Shown: positions 46,046-57,585, counted from the whole stretch's first letter. The stretch is 63,154 nucleotides of DNA, filler included, from 15 parts of 15 records of this genome joined end to end with filler, not necessarily neighbours in it; one strand, 5' to 3'. Made by a program: numbers and translations. Notes: a model not told the origin generated them from the letters alone.

Positions 46046-46148
46046 GCTGACCAATGACCGGATGCAGCATATGCGCGTTGCCTCGCCTGTCTGACTCATC
46101 AGCGGACGAGCGCAACCGTGCACATGCGGCGTGTGTGACAGTGTCAGT
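46046..46148 (+). promoter_or_regulatory. Candidate SECIS element (atypical, with elongated upper stem) in the SelO 3' UTR
   Basis: Lower stem GCTGAC/GTCAGT, 3x3 internal loop, core ATGAC (46054-46058) opposite TGAC (46136-46139), then a long mostly paired upper stem closed by a CTCA loop. Paired by hand. Confidence 0.6.
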
Positions 46149-46324
46149 GTGTGATGTGGATATTCGTATATCTAGGGGCAACGAGCACGTGTTATGATGT
46201 GTTTGTTTCTGCATTATTTTCTTCTGCATCTCCACCGCACGCAAGAGACAGCAAGTAGTGCGTGCAGCCAGCTGGTGGTTCTGGACAGCATGATTTTGCA
46301 GAGCGCTCACATGTCGAGAGGCCG

Positions 46325-47642
46325 TCACGATATTAAGCAAGGGCAATTGCGTCCGCTATGGCGCTGAGGCCTCAGCAGCGGCTCGTTAGCGCCGCCCGCT
46401 CCAGGAGCACCAAACCCCTCAGGCAACTGCGACAGCGTTCTCGTAGCCTCTAGGTACGCTTGATCGCTGCTCACCATTGGAGCAGTGTTCCTGGCACTAG
46501 CAGTCGCTGTTGCCGAATAGGTTCGACTACGCTGGCTGCCTGTTGGGCGGAGCAGTTCCTCCAGCTCGGCCGGCGCTTGGTCTGGGAAATTGGCAGGGAT
46601 TGAGGGCTTCGATGGCGGTTGTCGCACAGTCTTCTTGACTTCAGGTAGACTCCGGCAACGGTCTAGTAGCAATTGTCGTGCCGAATCCGTGGCATTGTGC
46701 TGCAAAAAGGTGTGCGTTCTACATCGAGCGGCGTCGTGTCGGTCAGCGGGGTTTTTTCGCAACATGAAAGCGGTGAACTCGCGCAGCTCTGCAGACCACT
46801 GGCCCGGCTGTTCGAATGTTGGCGGTGCATCGCGGACTATCGACATAAGCAAGGCGTCCATCTTTCTGCCCCTACCCGGTGGATGTAGCTCCGCCATTTC
46901 AATGATCGTAATTCCCAGCGACCACATGTCAGCTTTCCCATCATACCCGTCGTCCGTCGCTAACAAAAAGGGGACGAGGCGAGGCCAACCAGACCAACAC
47001 ACGCACATACACGCGCGCGTACATCATTGGTTCAGTTGAGCGTTGGTAGGCGTGGTCAACACACTCGAGGCACTGCGGCAGCCATGGTTGCGCACGATCA
47101 ATGACCTCCGGCGCCATCCAGTGCGGTGTTCCGATGGTGGTGTGGCGCCTCGTCACAGTGCTTATCTGGTCTGCCACCCCAAAGTCTGCAATCTTGACGA
47201 CCCCTTCGCTTGAAACGACCAAGTTCGCGGCCTTTACGTCGCGGTGGACACGGCGCAGGCCATGGACATACTCCAGCCCGGCCAACACGTCGCCGCAGCA
47301 CACCGCAATCTCCTGTTCGCTCAAACGCCCAGACTCCAGCAGCAGGTCACGCACGCTTCCGCCGCTGCAGTACTCGGAGACGAGCCAGAGCCGACCCCCG
47401 CCAATCTCGTGGTCACGGTCGACGAAATCCAGGAAGAACCGTATGACGTTCTGGTGTGCGCACTGCGAAAGCTGCTCGCACTCCAGCCGGAACTCCGCGA
47501 GGCTCTCCTCCTCGTACATCTCGTCGATCTCCATGACCTTGACGGCGCAGGGGAGACCGGACCAGCGGCACGCCCAGACGGATGCGGTGGCCCCGGTGCC
47601 GACGCAGGTGTCGAACACCAGCGACTTCGACGCCCTCGGCAT
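46325..47642 (-). CDS. STE20-family (MST/GCK-like) Ser/Thr kinase with C-terminal CaaX (intron 46960-47095)
   Basis: GTGATASV, AVK, LWLVSEYCSGGSV, HRDVKAAN, DFG, IGTPHWMAPEVI, ADMWSLGITIIEMAE..PP. The protein ends …RNCPCLIS*. Confidence 0.9.
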
Positions 47643-48140
47643 CCTGGGAAACCGCTCGCGACGGAAGCACCGATCCCTGGCGCCGCGCTGCTATATATAC
47701 GCGCCGCGCGCGGTCGCGTGTGCGCGACGCCGACGCGCGCGCGCGCCGGCGCGGGAGCGCGAGAGCACACATGCACCTTGATTATAACGCCTACGTGTAG
47801 CTAGGATCCTACAGTATGCATCCTGGCGGTCCCCCCCATGCAAATTTCGGAAATTACGGACTCGGCATTTTGCAAAACGCGCGCCCGCGGCGCGGGGCTG
47901 GGCGTGATTCTTGTGGAGCAGGGCGGGGCTGCTGATGAAGGCNNNNNNNNNNNNNNNNNNNNNNNNNNNNNNNNNNNNNNNNNNNNTTAATTAATTAANN
48001 NNNNNNNNNNNNNNNNNNNNNNNNNNNNNNNNNNNNNNNNNNATTCCCATTGCATTCAGCCTCGACACTGCGGGGGAGCCACAGCCGGGGCGGGTGGGGA
48101 ATTCTTCGATGGGCTGATCGGCAAGCTGATCGGCAGCCGC

Positions 48141-50135
48141 ATGGGCTCCTTCCGCAGCGAGGAGGGCTCAGCACGGTCAGCGTCGCCTCCTGCGCGTAGT
48201 GGCGCGGCTGGCGCGGCTCCTCGGAGCAGCCCGTCCTACCCGCATGGCTCTATGCACGAGTATTCTGTGCTGGAGCCGGAGCCGGAGCCGGAGCCCACGA
48301 GCGCGAAGGAGCGGCTGCGGAGGCTGGACGCAGATATACGAACGCCGGCGAGCGAGCTGCGAGAGGCGATGACGGCGGCGGCCGAAGAGGAGCTGGATGT
48401 GCTGCGCGCCGAAGTGGAGGCGGCGCAGGCCGAGCATGCGCAGCGGAGGCGTGAGCGGATCGCCGCCGAGGAGCTGTACCATGCCGCAGCGGCCACCGCA
48501 CAGCAGCACATCTCCAGGCAGGTTGCCGGCGTCACACGACGGCTGGTGTCGACCCTCGCTGAGTCGGACCACGGCGTGCCGACAGCCCTCGCAGTGACTC
48601 TTTTTAAGCGAGCCCTGGCGAAAGACGAGCTAGTCCACGCCAAAAAGTTCGACCATGTCCCGGAAGACCTCGAGGAGGTCGAGGCCGACTACCGCCACGG
48701 CCTCGAGGTGCTGGACCTTGCGGTAGTCTGCGGATTTGCGAACCCGCTGCAGGCAGAGCCAGCAATTCGGCAGCAGCTGGACCCGGAGAAGGGCGAGATA
48801 CGCGTGGGGGACGTGCGTGCACGGCAGGCCAAGCTTGGGCAGCTCCTGCTGGAGCGTCGCAGAGATATGGAGCAAGCAGAAGCGGAGGCCGCGGAGCGGC
48901 TTGCGACCAAGGAGTGGGACGACGTACGACAAGCCGAGCAGGAGCTAGCCAACGCGATGCAGTCCGGAGATGCGGCGCGGATCGCGCAGGCGAAGACGAA
49001 GCTAGCTCAAGAGATCGAGGAGGCGGAGGCTGCACAGGCTGCGGCAGAGAAGGAGCGCATGGAGGCCGAACAAGCCGAGGCGGAGGCGGCGAGAGCCGCG
49101 GCAGCTAACGAGGAGCTCGAGGCAAAGGCAGCCGAAATGGCAGCCAAGATGGAATGGGCGGACGTCAGAAAGGCAGAGGAGGTGGTGCAGGCTGCGGAGC
49201 AGGCCGTGGCTGCAGCAACTGATCCTGCAGAGAAAGCTGCTGCGAATGTGAGGTTAAATGCAGCACGAGAGAAGCTGGCGAAGGAGACCGCAGAGGCGCA
49301 GAAGGCGCAGAAGGCAGCACAGAAAGAGCGCGCTGAGGCGACGGCGGCAGCGGAGGAGGCGGAACGGGAAATTCAGGAGGCCCAGGCTGCGCTGAAAGCG
49401 TTGGACGACCAGGCGGCAGAGAAACGGCGGGCGGCGACTACAATCCAGAGCTTCATGCGCGGACGCCTGGCGCAGAAAGGACTCTGGGAGGCGCGCGCGG
49501 CGGCTGGTACCATTCAGGCACGTGTGCGCGGGAGGCAGCTACGGAGGCAGCTGGATGCTGCGCAAGATAAGAAGCTGGCGGCCAAGCTAATCTTGGTGAA
49601 GCATCAGCTCGGCGAGCCCGCGCGGTGGGAACCTGGAGAGACTGAGAAGACACTGCTCACTCCGCAGGTTGCCGCAGCACTAGAGAGGATGGAGAAGGAG
49701 AAGGCGGAGGCAGAGGAGGCAAGGGAGATGGCAGCTTTGGAGACCGCGGAAGCCGAAGCCGCAGAGCTTGCTGCCTCGCAGGAGTGGTTGGACGTACAGG
49801 TACGTGTCGAATTAGTCGCTGGTTGTATCAGCGCAAGATGTTGTTGACCCGAACTTGTTTGTTTGTCCCGGCTCCAGGTAGCAGAGCGCGAATTGCAGGA
49901 GGCAGAGGCGTCTGGAAAGCGTGGAAAGGTGAAGCAGGCGAGAGCAACTTTGGCGAAAGAGAAGGACGAGGCACAACGGGCGCAGGCATCGGCAGACAAG
50001 GAGCGTGCCGAGGCAGAGGCAGCAGAAGCCTTGGCAAAGAAAGAGGCTGCGGAGGCCGTGGAGGCAATCGCTGCGGCGGAAGCAGCGCAGCAGCAAGCGA
50101 AGGCAGCGGCAGAAGCAATGCCAATAAACACCTGA
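48141..50135 (+). CDS. Ala/Glu-rich coiled-coil protein with two IQ motifs and internal repeats (intron 49800-49877)
   Basis: IQSFMRGRLAQK and IQARVRGRQLRR. Repeats KEWDDVRQAE, MEWADVRKAE and QEWLDVQ|VAE. EPEPEP tract near the N-terminus. Confidence 0.7.
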
Positions 50136-50816
50136 GCAGCACAGCTGGCTGTAGATGTTTACGTATTGGCTCGCATCATCGTAACACATTCATCCGGAGG
50201 TACTGCCAACTGCCAGGCTACCGTACAGTAAGAAAGATCCATCCACGTCCAGTGCGGCCGATAGTAGGTACCGTAAAAGACGTACAGAGTTGGCAAGAGC
50301 ATTGACACGAGTACAGTGGGTTCCGTGGGCGTAGATATTGCTGCGGCAGGTCTGGATGACTTCTAATCGGTGACCCGTTCACTCATTCTGCGGCTCATCA
50401 ATCATACTTCACACATCGATTTCACTCAAGCTTCAACTTGCCAAGCACGTTAACACCGTGGTGGCCTCTCCCATCGCTCTACCACTCCATCTCTTCGTTT
50501 GCCAGTCGCACACAGAACTACTTGTTCAGCAATGGCCCCATACCACCTGCGTTCACGCTGTCCAGTGCCACTGCGCGCGCGTCAGGCAATGGCCAGAAGC
50601 CCAATCGGTAGGAACCTGCAGCCGGCAATGTCTCATTGGACTGCGTTGTATGCTTGATCTTGTGCTCGATCGGACTGAACGCCGGATTGACACCGGGCAT
50701 AAGGACACCAGGCATAAAGGCCTTATCCCGGAGCTAATATCGCCATTGCAATGATTGTTGAAGAGTACAATAGCCAACTTTCGATCATTCCGCGACAGTA
50801 AGAGAAGCTCGTTGCT

Positions 50817-50864
50817 CAAGCAAAGGGATACCCAAGCAAAGGGATACCCAAGAAAAGGGATACC
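50817..50864. repeat. 16-bp tandem repeat, 3 copies
   Basis: CAAGCAAAGGGATACC x2 plus CAAGAAAAGGGATACC. Confidence 0.9.
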
Positions 50865-50947
50865 CAGAAGGTCGCCGCGTTTGGCGTCTACCACAATTGG
50901 CACGATAACCTAGCGCCTAGCGTAGAATGCACGTGTTTGGCCGACGG

Positions 50948-52177
50948 TTAGGGTTGGACAGAGCATTGAAGGGTGTCGCGATGGCACTCTGCAATGTGTG
51001 CAAATACTGCAATGCTGTGCGGGTGCAACACCTTCGTGAGCCGCTGATCCGAGGAGAGTTGAGTGGCTATTGCGACACCACGAGCAAGCGCACCGTCCTC
51101 AGCACAACATTGCAGCTCAGTGTATAAACGTTCAGCCTCTCGTCGTAAGAGCGCGAAGTCCGAGAGCCTCCGTCCGCCATCGCTGGGAGTGCTCACAATT
51201 GCCTCCGGCGCCGCCAGCATCTGCCCTGTTCCAAGCCTTGAATGAACAGTGTGTGTGCAGCGAAGACAGCGACATTCAAAGCCGTAGGCCCGCCTAAACT
51301 TTTCCTGCCTCAGACTGGTCTGCTCAACTGCGTCTACGTACGAGATTACCAGCTCTTCTCCCATGACGACTGGCCGAATGGTTCGAAAGACCAGTTGGTC
51401 CCCCGAGTTTGTCACGCAGACGTTCGGCACGCAGGAGTGATTGAAGTACGCAGCAGTAAGGAACAGCCCAACCCCGGCAGGCTGGCCGCAGCCATCAAGC
51501 AAGGAAAAGCCATTTGCACGTATGCGTAGAATAGCACAGATGCCAGCTTTCTCGTCCTCGATAGCTAGGGACGCTGGCAGTATGCGATTGGCCGTGGCAA
51601 CAGACTCGGCTGCAGAGCGCACAGTTTCACTATCATCTGGTGCGTCGTGATAGACTAGGTCGGCAAACGTTTGGTCGGGGCTGCCGCTGACCAGCGCTGA
51701 TCGACTGCTTTCAGAGAGTGCAGCGCAGTGGGTACGTTGAATGCGGCAGAGCAGCCGTGCATCACGAGTGCCATCGAAGCTCCCACGGAGTCGTCGCAGC
51801 GTCAAACACTCGGCATCTCCTGCGCCGCTGCTGCTGTCCGTGTGCACAAACGTCGCCGCCCTGCTGCGGCACTCGTCGGAGCAGTACCACGCAGCCGCAC
51901 AGACAGAGCAGCAGCTGCAGGTCGAAGCGTCGCTCCCCGGCCCATCGGGGTCAATGCCCACGAAACACTGGTGGCAGATCGTGGACGCTGCGGCCAGCTC
52001 GTCGACAGGCACTGCAGAGAACGGCGTCTCTGTCAGGATGACTACGTTTGGCCCGAGGGCTGCCCGAGCGCGCACGTGTGCGCCTATACCGCTTCTCCGG
52101 TCGACAGCCTCGGCACTCAGCTCGTGCCCAACAATCTCCACTGCCTCCGCCATCGACGCCGCCATCGACGCTGCCAT
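50948..52177 (-). CDS. SET and MYND domain lysine methyltransferase (SMYD-like)
   Basis: MYND CHQC…CSVC…YCSDEC…H…EC; SET GLFLTAAYFNHSCVPN and GEELVISY; post-SET FECRCLRC. Confidence 0.88.
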   Translation of the reverse strand: MAASMAASMAEAVEIVGHELSAEAVDRRSGIGAHVRARAALGPNVVILTETPFSAVPVDELAAASTICHQCFVGIDPDGPGSDASTCSCCSVCAAAWYCSDECRSRAATFVHTDSSSGAGDAECLTLRRLRGSFDGTRDARLLCRIQRTHCAALSESSRSALVSGSPDQTFADLVYHDAPDDSETVRSAAESVATANRILPASLAIEDEKAGICAILRIRANGFSLLDGCGQPAGVGLFLTAAYFNHSCVPNVCVTNSGDQLVFRTIRPVVMGEELVISYVDAVEQTSLRQEKFRRAYGFECRCLRCTHTVHSRLGTGQMLAAPEAIVSTPSDGGRRLSDFALLRREAERLYTELQCCAEDGALARGVAIATQLSSDQRLTKVLHPHSIAVFAHIAECHRDTLQCSVQP

Positions 52178-52349
52178 CGCCTGCTCCCGCCCGCGCGCGC
52201 CGGTCCGTATCCGCGCGCGCGGGGTGCAGCCCCGAAAAGTGGCCAGATTNNNNNNNNNNNNNNNNNNNNNNNNNNNNNNNNNNNNNNNNNNNNTTAATTA
52301 ATTAANNNNNNNNNNNNNNNNNNNNNNNNNNNNNNNNNNNNNNNNNNNN

Positions 52350-52557
52350 TGAATCATGACTGAGAATCGACCTGTGCTGGCTGGACTCAGGTCGATTCTC
52401 AGATCTCACATAGCGGCTACTGGTAGTTGAGTCCATACCCTTAAAAATAAGGGTATCGCAGAATGGTACGAATTTCCGGTTCAGGCTGTACAAACTTTGC
52501 CTAAAGAAAATACCCAGGCGCTTGATTTTGCATGAATCATGACTGAGAATCGACCTG
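52350..52557. repeat. Structured repeat: 25-bp direct repeat at 183-bp period, plus internal inverted repeats
   Basis: TGAATCATGACTGAGAATCGACCTG at 52350 and 52533; inverted copy CAGGTCGATTCTCAG at 52388-52402; hairpin ATACCCTTA-AAAA-TAAGGGTAT at 52435-52456. Confidence 0.8.
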
Positions 52558-52794
52558 GCTGGACGGGACGTTGGCGAAATTGCTTCCGGCTGGGCGTGGT
52601 CGCTGGAGCGCCGGGAGCGCTGTGGCGTGCTCGCTGCTGGGCGTGAGGCATCAGACGCGGGTGGGGAGTGGAGGGCTGTGGCAGCAGTGCTGCGACGGTT
52701 AGGGCTGTGGTGGCTGGTGCGGCGAGGTTTGGTGTGCGTGTGCGTGTGTGTGTGTGAGAGGGAGAGAGAGAGAGAGAGCCGGTTATTGAGAAAT

Positions 52795-54978
52795 ATGACG
52801 GATGTCGCGCCGCGGTCGAACGCGCTCATCCGCAGCCGCCTGCCCAAGGCGAAGCCTCGGTCGTCGCCACCGAACGGCAAGAAGCCCGAGTCATCCTCGC
52901 CGAACAGGAGACTGGGACTGGGAGGTGGCGCTGCAGCGCAGCGGTCGAATACGCCGTCTAATATTCCGGTGGCGCGCGGCGGCGGTCACTCGTCTGCGGC
53001 CGCCGCGAGCATGGCGCGGATGGAAAGACAGCAACGGATGGGGGTCGGGCGCGAATGTAGTAGCTCGGAGGACGACGAGCAGCGTGCCCCTTTGCAGGAG
53101 CGGAATGGTGTTCCGCAGGGCCCGAGCCGAGCGGGGCCGGCTTCCGTACCGATGGAACGACCCGTGTCCGCCGCTGGGCCACGCCCGGGCACAGCCTCGT
53201 CGGTGGCCGATGTAGATCCTCAATACCAGGGGGAACTGTCATCTGCGGCCATAGCTGCAGCTGCACACCAGACGGACCCAACCAAGATCTACGAACTCAA
53301 GCTTCGAGGAGCGGCTATCGAGAAGATCGAGAACCTGGGGCCGCTGCGCAAGCTGCGACACTTGGACCTGTCTGGGAACCACATCGCGAGGATAGAGGGT
53401 CTGGAGTCGCTGGGCGACCTGCGGGAGCTCAAGGTCTTTGCGAACAGGCTTAGCTCAATCGAAGGATTGGACAACTGCGGGAACTTGCGGCTGCTCAGCT
53501 TGCAGCACAACCAAATCATGCGAATAGACGGGCTCCAGAAGCTCACAAAGCTCCAGCAGCTACGGCTAGACGGCAATTTGATCGAAAAGATTGAGAATCT
53601 CAGCCCAAACACTGCGCTGACGCACCTGAATCTGTCGGGCAATCGCATTCAAAGGGTCGAGGGTATGCTTTCGCTCGCGCTGCTGGAGGAGCTCTTGCTG
53701 AATGACAACGAAATCGTTGTAGTGTCCAAGGTTCCTGGCAGGGCCCTGTTGGAGCTGTCGCTCGCGAACAATAAGCTGGGCGAGCCGTTCGAGGATCCGA
53801 TGCCCGGCGCGAAGGCCCGCTCGTGTTTGGCTGGCCTGGCCGCCGCGAAGAAGCTGACAGCCCTCGATTTGAGTGGCAATCAGCTTACGGGCGAGCTCGG
53901 CTCCCAGCTGCCCAAGATGTTGGCGCTGGAGACCCTAAATCTCGACAACAACCGGCTAGAGCTGCTTGGAGGCATGGCCGACTTGTGCCCGGTGCTTGCG
54001 TTGCTTGAGTTGCGTGGCAACGAAATTTCCCATTCGTCCTTGGGCGGCTCGCTGGCGGAGGGCGTGACAGAACTCGCAGTATCCGGGAATCCTCTGACTT
54101 ATTCAGACACATGGCGTGTCGATGTCTGCCGCAACTTCTCTGCTCTCGAGCAGCTAGACGAAGCCGTTGCAGAGCACGGAGCGGCAGGGTCGGGCAGGAC
54201 AGCTGGAGGTGTGGGTGCGAGGCCCGGGACCGCCGGTGCACGCGGTGCTGGCAATGCGCCGATCATGCGCCCGCCGTCTGCGACGACTGAGGCACTGTCC
54301 ACGCTCATCGCCCCCGAGGCGCTGGAGTCAACTGCGGCTGGGCTCTCAGCAAGGCTGGCAGCGTTGAAACTGACTTTGTCGGCTGGAGACTCGCCTCGTG
54401 CTTGGGTGCAGACGCTGCCGAAATCTAAGGCGGTGTCGACGGTGGACGGTGGCGCCATTCCCATTCAGCAGCCACCCGCGGCGCTGGTAGTCGGCGCGAC
54501 CGACTCGAAAGAGCACTTGCCGATGCCTCTGCCCGCTGGCAGCGCCGAGCCGCCCATCTCAAGAACGCAGATTTCCGGGGCAGACTTGAAAGCAGAGCTG
54601 CTTGCTGAAGACTCGAGCAGTGAACGTGGTAGTGCTGGCCCATTCGCGCAGCCTGGCTCCAATACTGGGCGGCCGCTCAGGCGTCCTGGCTCTGGCGGCC
54701 GCTCGGTCGGCCGCGGCCTGTCAGCGGCCTTGGATTACTCTCGCTATGCGCATGGAGGCGATACTTCATCGGACGAGGAAGAGTCAAGCATTTTTGACCA
54801 AGTCGACAACATGGACCCGGCCATGGCCAGAGCAGCGGCAAAGCAAGCCATGGCGGAGATGCGAAAAGAGGGGGCCCGGCTGCAGCAGAGGGATGCAGTG
54901 GAGCGCGTGCAACAGCGCCAGGCAGGTGAGGCCGGCCGGCAGCGGTCGAATACACCACCGCAGGGTGGCCTGGAATGA
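52795..54978 (+). CDS. SDS22-type leucine-rich repeat protein (possibly ciliary or centrosomal)
   Basis: Tandem IEKIENL..L..LDLSGN.I..IEGL repeats and an LRR cap (GNP…WR..V…LEQLD), flanked by disordered RP.(T/S)A segments. Confidence 0.8.
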   Translation: MTDVAPRSNALIRSRLPKAKPRSSPPNGKKPESSSPNRRLGLGGGAAAQRSNTPSNIPVARGGGHSSAAAASMARMERQQRMGVGRECSSSEDDEQRAPLQERNGVPQGPSRAGPASVPMERPVSAAGPRPGTASSVADVDPQYQGELSSAAIAAAAHQTDPTKIYELKLRGAAIEKIENLGPLRKLRHLDLSGNHIARIEGLESLGDLRELKVFANRLSSIEGLDNCGNLRLLSLQHNQIMRIDGLQKLTKLQQLRLDGNLIEKIENLSPNTALTHLNLSGNRIQRVEGMLSLALLEELLLNDNEIVVVSKVPGRALLELSLANNKLGEPFEDPMPGAKARSCLAGLAAAKKLTALDLSGNQLTGELGSQLPKMLALETLNLDNNRLELLGGMADLCPVLALLELRGNEISHSSLGGSLAEGVTELAVSGNPLTYSDTWRVDVCRNFSALEQLDEAVAEHGAAGSGRTAGGVGARPGTAGARGAGNAPIMRPPSATTEALSTLIAPEALESTAAGLSARLAALKLTLSAGDSPRAWVQTLPKSKAVSTVDGGAIPIQQPPAALVVGATDSKEHLPMPLPAGSAEPPISRTQISGADLKAELLAEDSSSERGSAGPFAQPGSNTGRPLRRPGSGGRSVGRGLSAALDYSRYAHGGDTSSDEEESSIFDQVDNMDPAMARAAAKQAMAEMRKEGARLQQRDAVERVQQRQAGEAGRQRSNTPPQGGLE

Positions 54979-55174
54979 AGGCTGAACTGCACGTCACGTC
55001 ACAGCGACGTTCCGCTCAACTCCAGGTACTGAAAATCGCTGAAAATGCAGTTGTCACATGTTGGTGCATCACCATGGTGCATGTGTCCCCGAAACAGCTT
55101 GAGATCACCCCAGATGCATACACGCACATTCGTACCTACCACCGTCACGACCTATAGTGCTGTGAAGAGCCCAC

Positions 55175-55773
<599 letters not shown>

Positions 55774-56522
55774 NNNNNNNNNNNNNNNNNNNNNNNNNNN
55801 NNNNNNNNNNNNNNNNNTTAATTAATTAANNNNNNNNNNNNNNNNNNNNNNNNNNNNNNNNNNNNNNNNNNNNGATGAATTCAGGCTGGAGAGTTCGCGA
55901 ACTGAGTACTCTGACGGGTCAGTAACAAATCATGTGTACAATCGCCTTGCGAGTGTTGAGTTTTGGCGCCATCGCGCGACGCGACCGTCGCCGGCAACCA
56001 CCCCGTACCCCGACCACCCCCGGGCTTTCTGTTCAGCGCCTCGGCAACACGCACGGCTGCTGCTGAGGCTGCTGAGGCTGCTGAGGCTGAGGCTGCTGTG
56101 GCTGCTGCTGCTGAGGCTGAGGCGGCTAGTGGTGGTCCTGCTAGTGGTAAGCTCTTTGGGCGGCTCTGTTCGACTACCCGGCTGCGTTTGCGGGCTGTTC
56201 AGCGAGCGAGGCGGCTCTGTTCGGCAACCGCGCGTGCTGAGCAATTGCTGCTGCGGCGGGTGGTTTTCCTTGCCCTTGGGCAGGGCTGAAGGAGCTCGAA
56301 AGGTGCTTCCTCGGGTGCTGTGGCTCCGTCCGCCGCAGCTGAGCTTGCAGTCTGCAAGCGCTAATTTTTCACCCGCTTTCGCAGTGAGTTCTAAGGACGC
56401 ACTCGTATACCCTCTTGCTGGGCGATCTACTGTGGTTGCCTGCCAAGGTGCCGCCTCTGAGGACGGAGTGTGACCGTCCACCTTGCGCGAGGCTCTGGAG
56501 CTGAAGCAGCAGGCGGGCGGAC

Positions 56523-57506
56523 TTGATGCGCCGCAATACGCGCGGTTCGCCTCGCGGCGCAGGGAGTCGCCGCGGCGTGCGCGGAACGATTTCCGGTGGA
56601 GCCATCACAGACCGGCGTCGCCGCTTCGCTGTGGCCGAGGTCTCCGGGGAAGTAATGTCCACGCCCGCAACAATAGTCGAACAGTGCCAACACGCGTCTT
56701 TTCTGCCGACGTCTGCTGGTGCCCTATCGAGCAATACACTCGGGACGGCGTTCGAACTGCACGGTATTCGAAAGGCCCTGCCGTCCGCGTCAAGCCAACG
56801 CGGGCGCGCACCCAAGCCCGCACAGGTGTCGGTGAAAAAGCGGTCTGCGCTTCGTGGCGTACTCGCCGCGGCCGAGCTCGATGCAGAGGAGGACTTGTGC
56901 GATGCTTTGGAGCGCACTGCGCTGCGGAGCCAACGAGTATCGATAAGCCGCATGGCTACAACAGGGCGTGCCACACCTGCGCCGGAGCATCTTCCGCTCG
57001 CGCCCACCCAGCGGCTGCACTTCACCCTGGAGTCCGCTCGCATCGGACGCGGTTCCATGGTTGTGGCATCGATCGGCCAGTGCACCAGCTCCGCAGACCG
57101 CCCCGTTGTGGTTCACACACGCCCGGACCCGACGTTGCACACATGTGAGGTTGTCGTGCAAAACACTGGTGATGCACCGATTGAGGGTCCATTCACCGTC
57201 CGATTCTCCATCTTTGCCATGGGAGACATGGCTGCTCTAGGCTGGACGGATGATCCACATCCCAACACTCTGCTGGGTACTCGCCGCAATTCACAGCGTC
57301 GTCACAGCGTTGGTGCTACTGCACCTGGAGTAGGAGCTGTCGTAGTTGTGCCAGTGGAGCTGACACAAGCGGATCACGCTGCGACGGGGATGACAACTGA
57401 GCGTGACGACAGGGCAGAATCTGGTCCACGCTCACAACCGACGAGGCAGCTGCATGGAACGCCATTATGGCAGGCCAGCTGGCAGCAGATAGATTCGGTA
57501 CTGTGA
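56523..57506 (+). CDS. Hypothetical protein (start uncertain, perhaps ATG 56655)
   Basis: 327-aa ORF with a short beta-rich segment (LHFTLESARIGRGSMVVAS…CEVVVQNTG…FTVRFSIF). No recognised family. Confidence 0.4.
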   Translation: MMRRNTRGSPRGAGSRRGVRGTISGGAITDRRRRFAVAEVSGEVMSTPATIVEQCQHASFLPTSAGALSSNTLGTAFELHGIRKALPSASSQRGRAPKPAQVSVKKRSALRGVLAAAELDAEEDLCDALERTALRSQRVSISRMATTGRATPAPEHLPLAPTQRLHFTLESARIGRGSMVVASIGQCTSSADRPVVVHTRPDPTLHTCEVVVQNTGDAPIEGPFTVRFSIFAMGDMAALGWTDDPHPNTLLGTRRNSQRRHSVGATAPGVGAVVVVPVELTQADHAATGMTTERDDRAESGPRSQPTRQLHGTPLWQASWQQIDSVL

Positions 57507-57585
57507 GTGCAACGGTCTGTTGCTTTGTAAATTTCATTTCGTACTTGCTGAATACTCATCCCGGTGCTGCTCACGCCAACTGTGC

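Noticed and set aside
55874-56605. Possible gene(s) in the low-complexity GCTGAG-repeat region
   Set aside because: Several open frames on both strands with no recognisable motif; I could not choose a frame.
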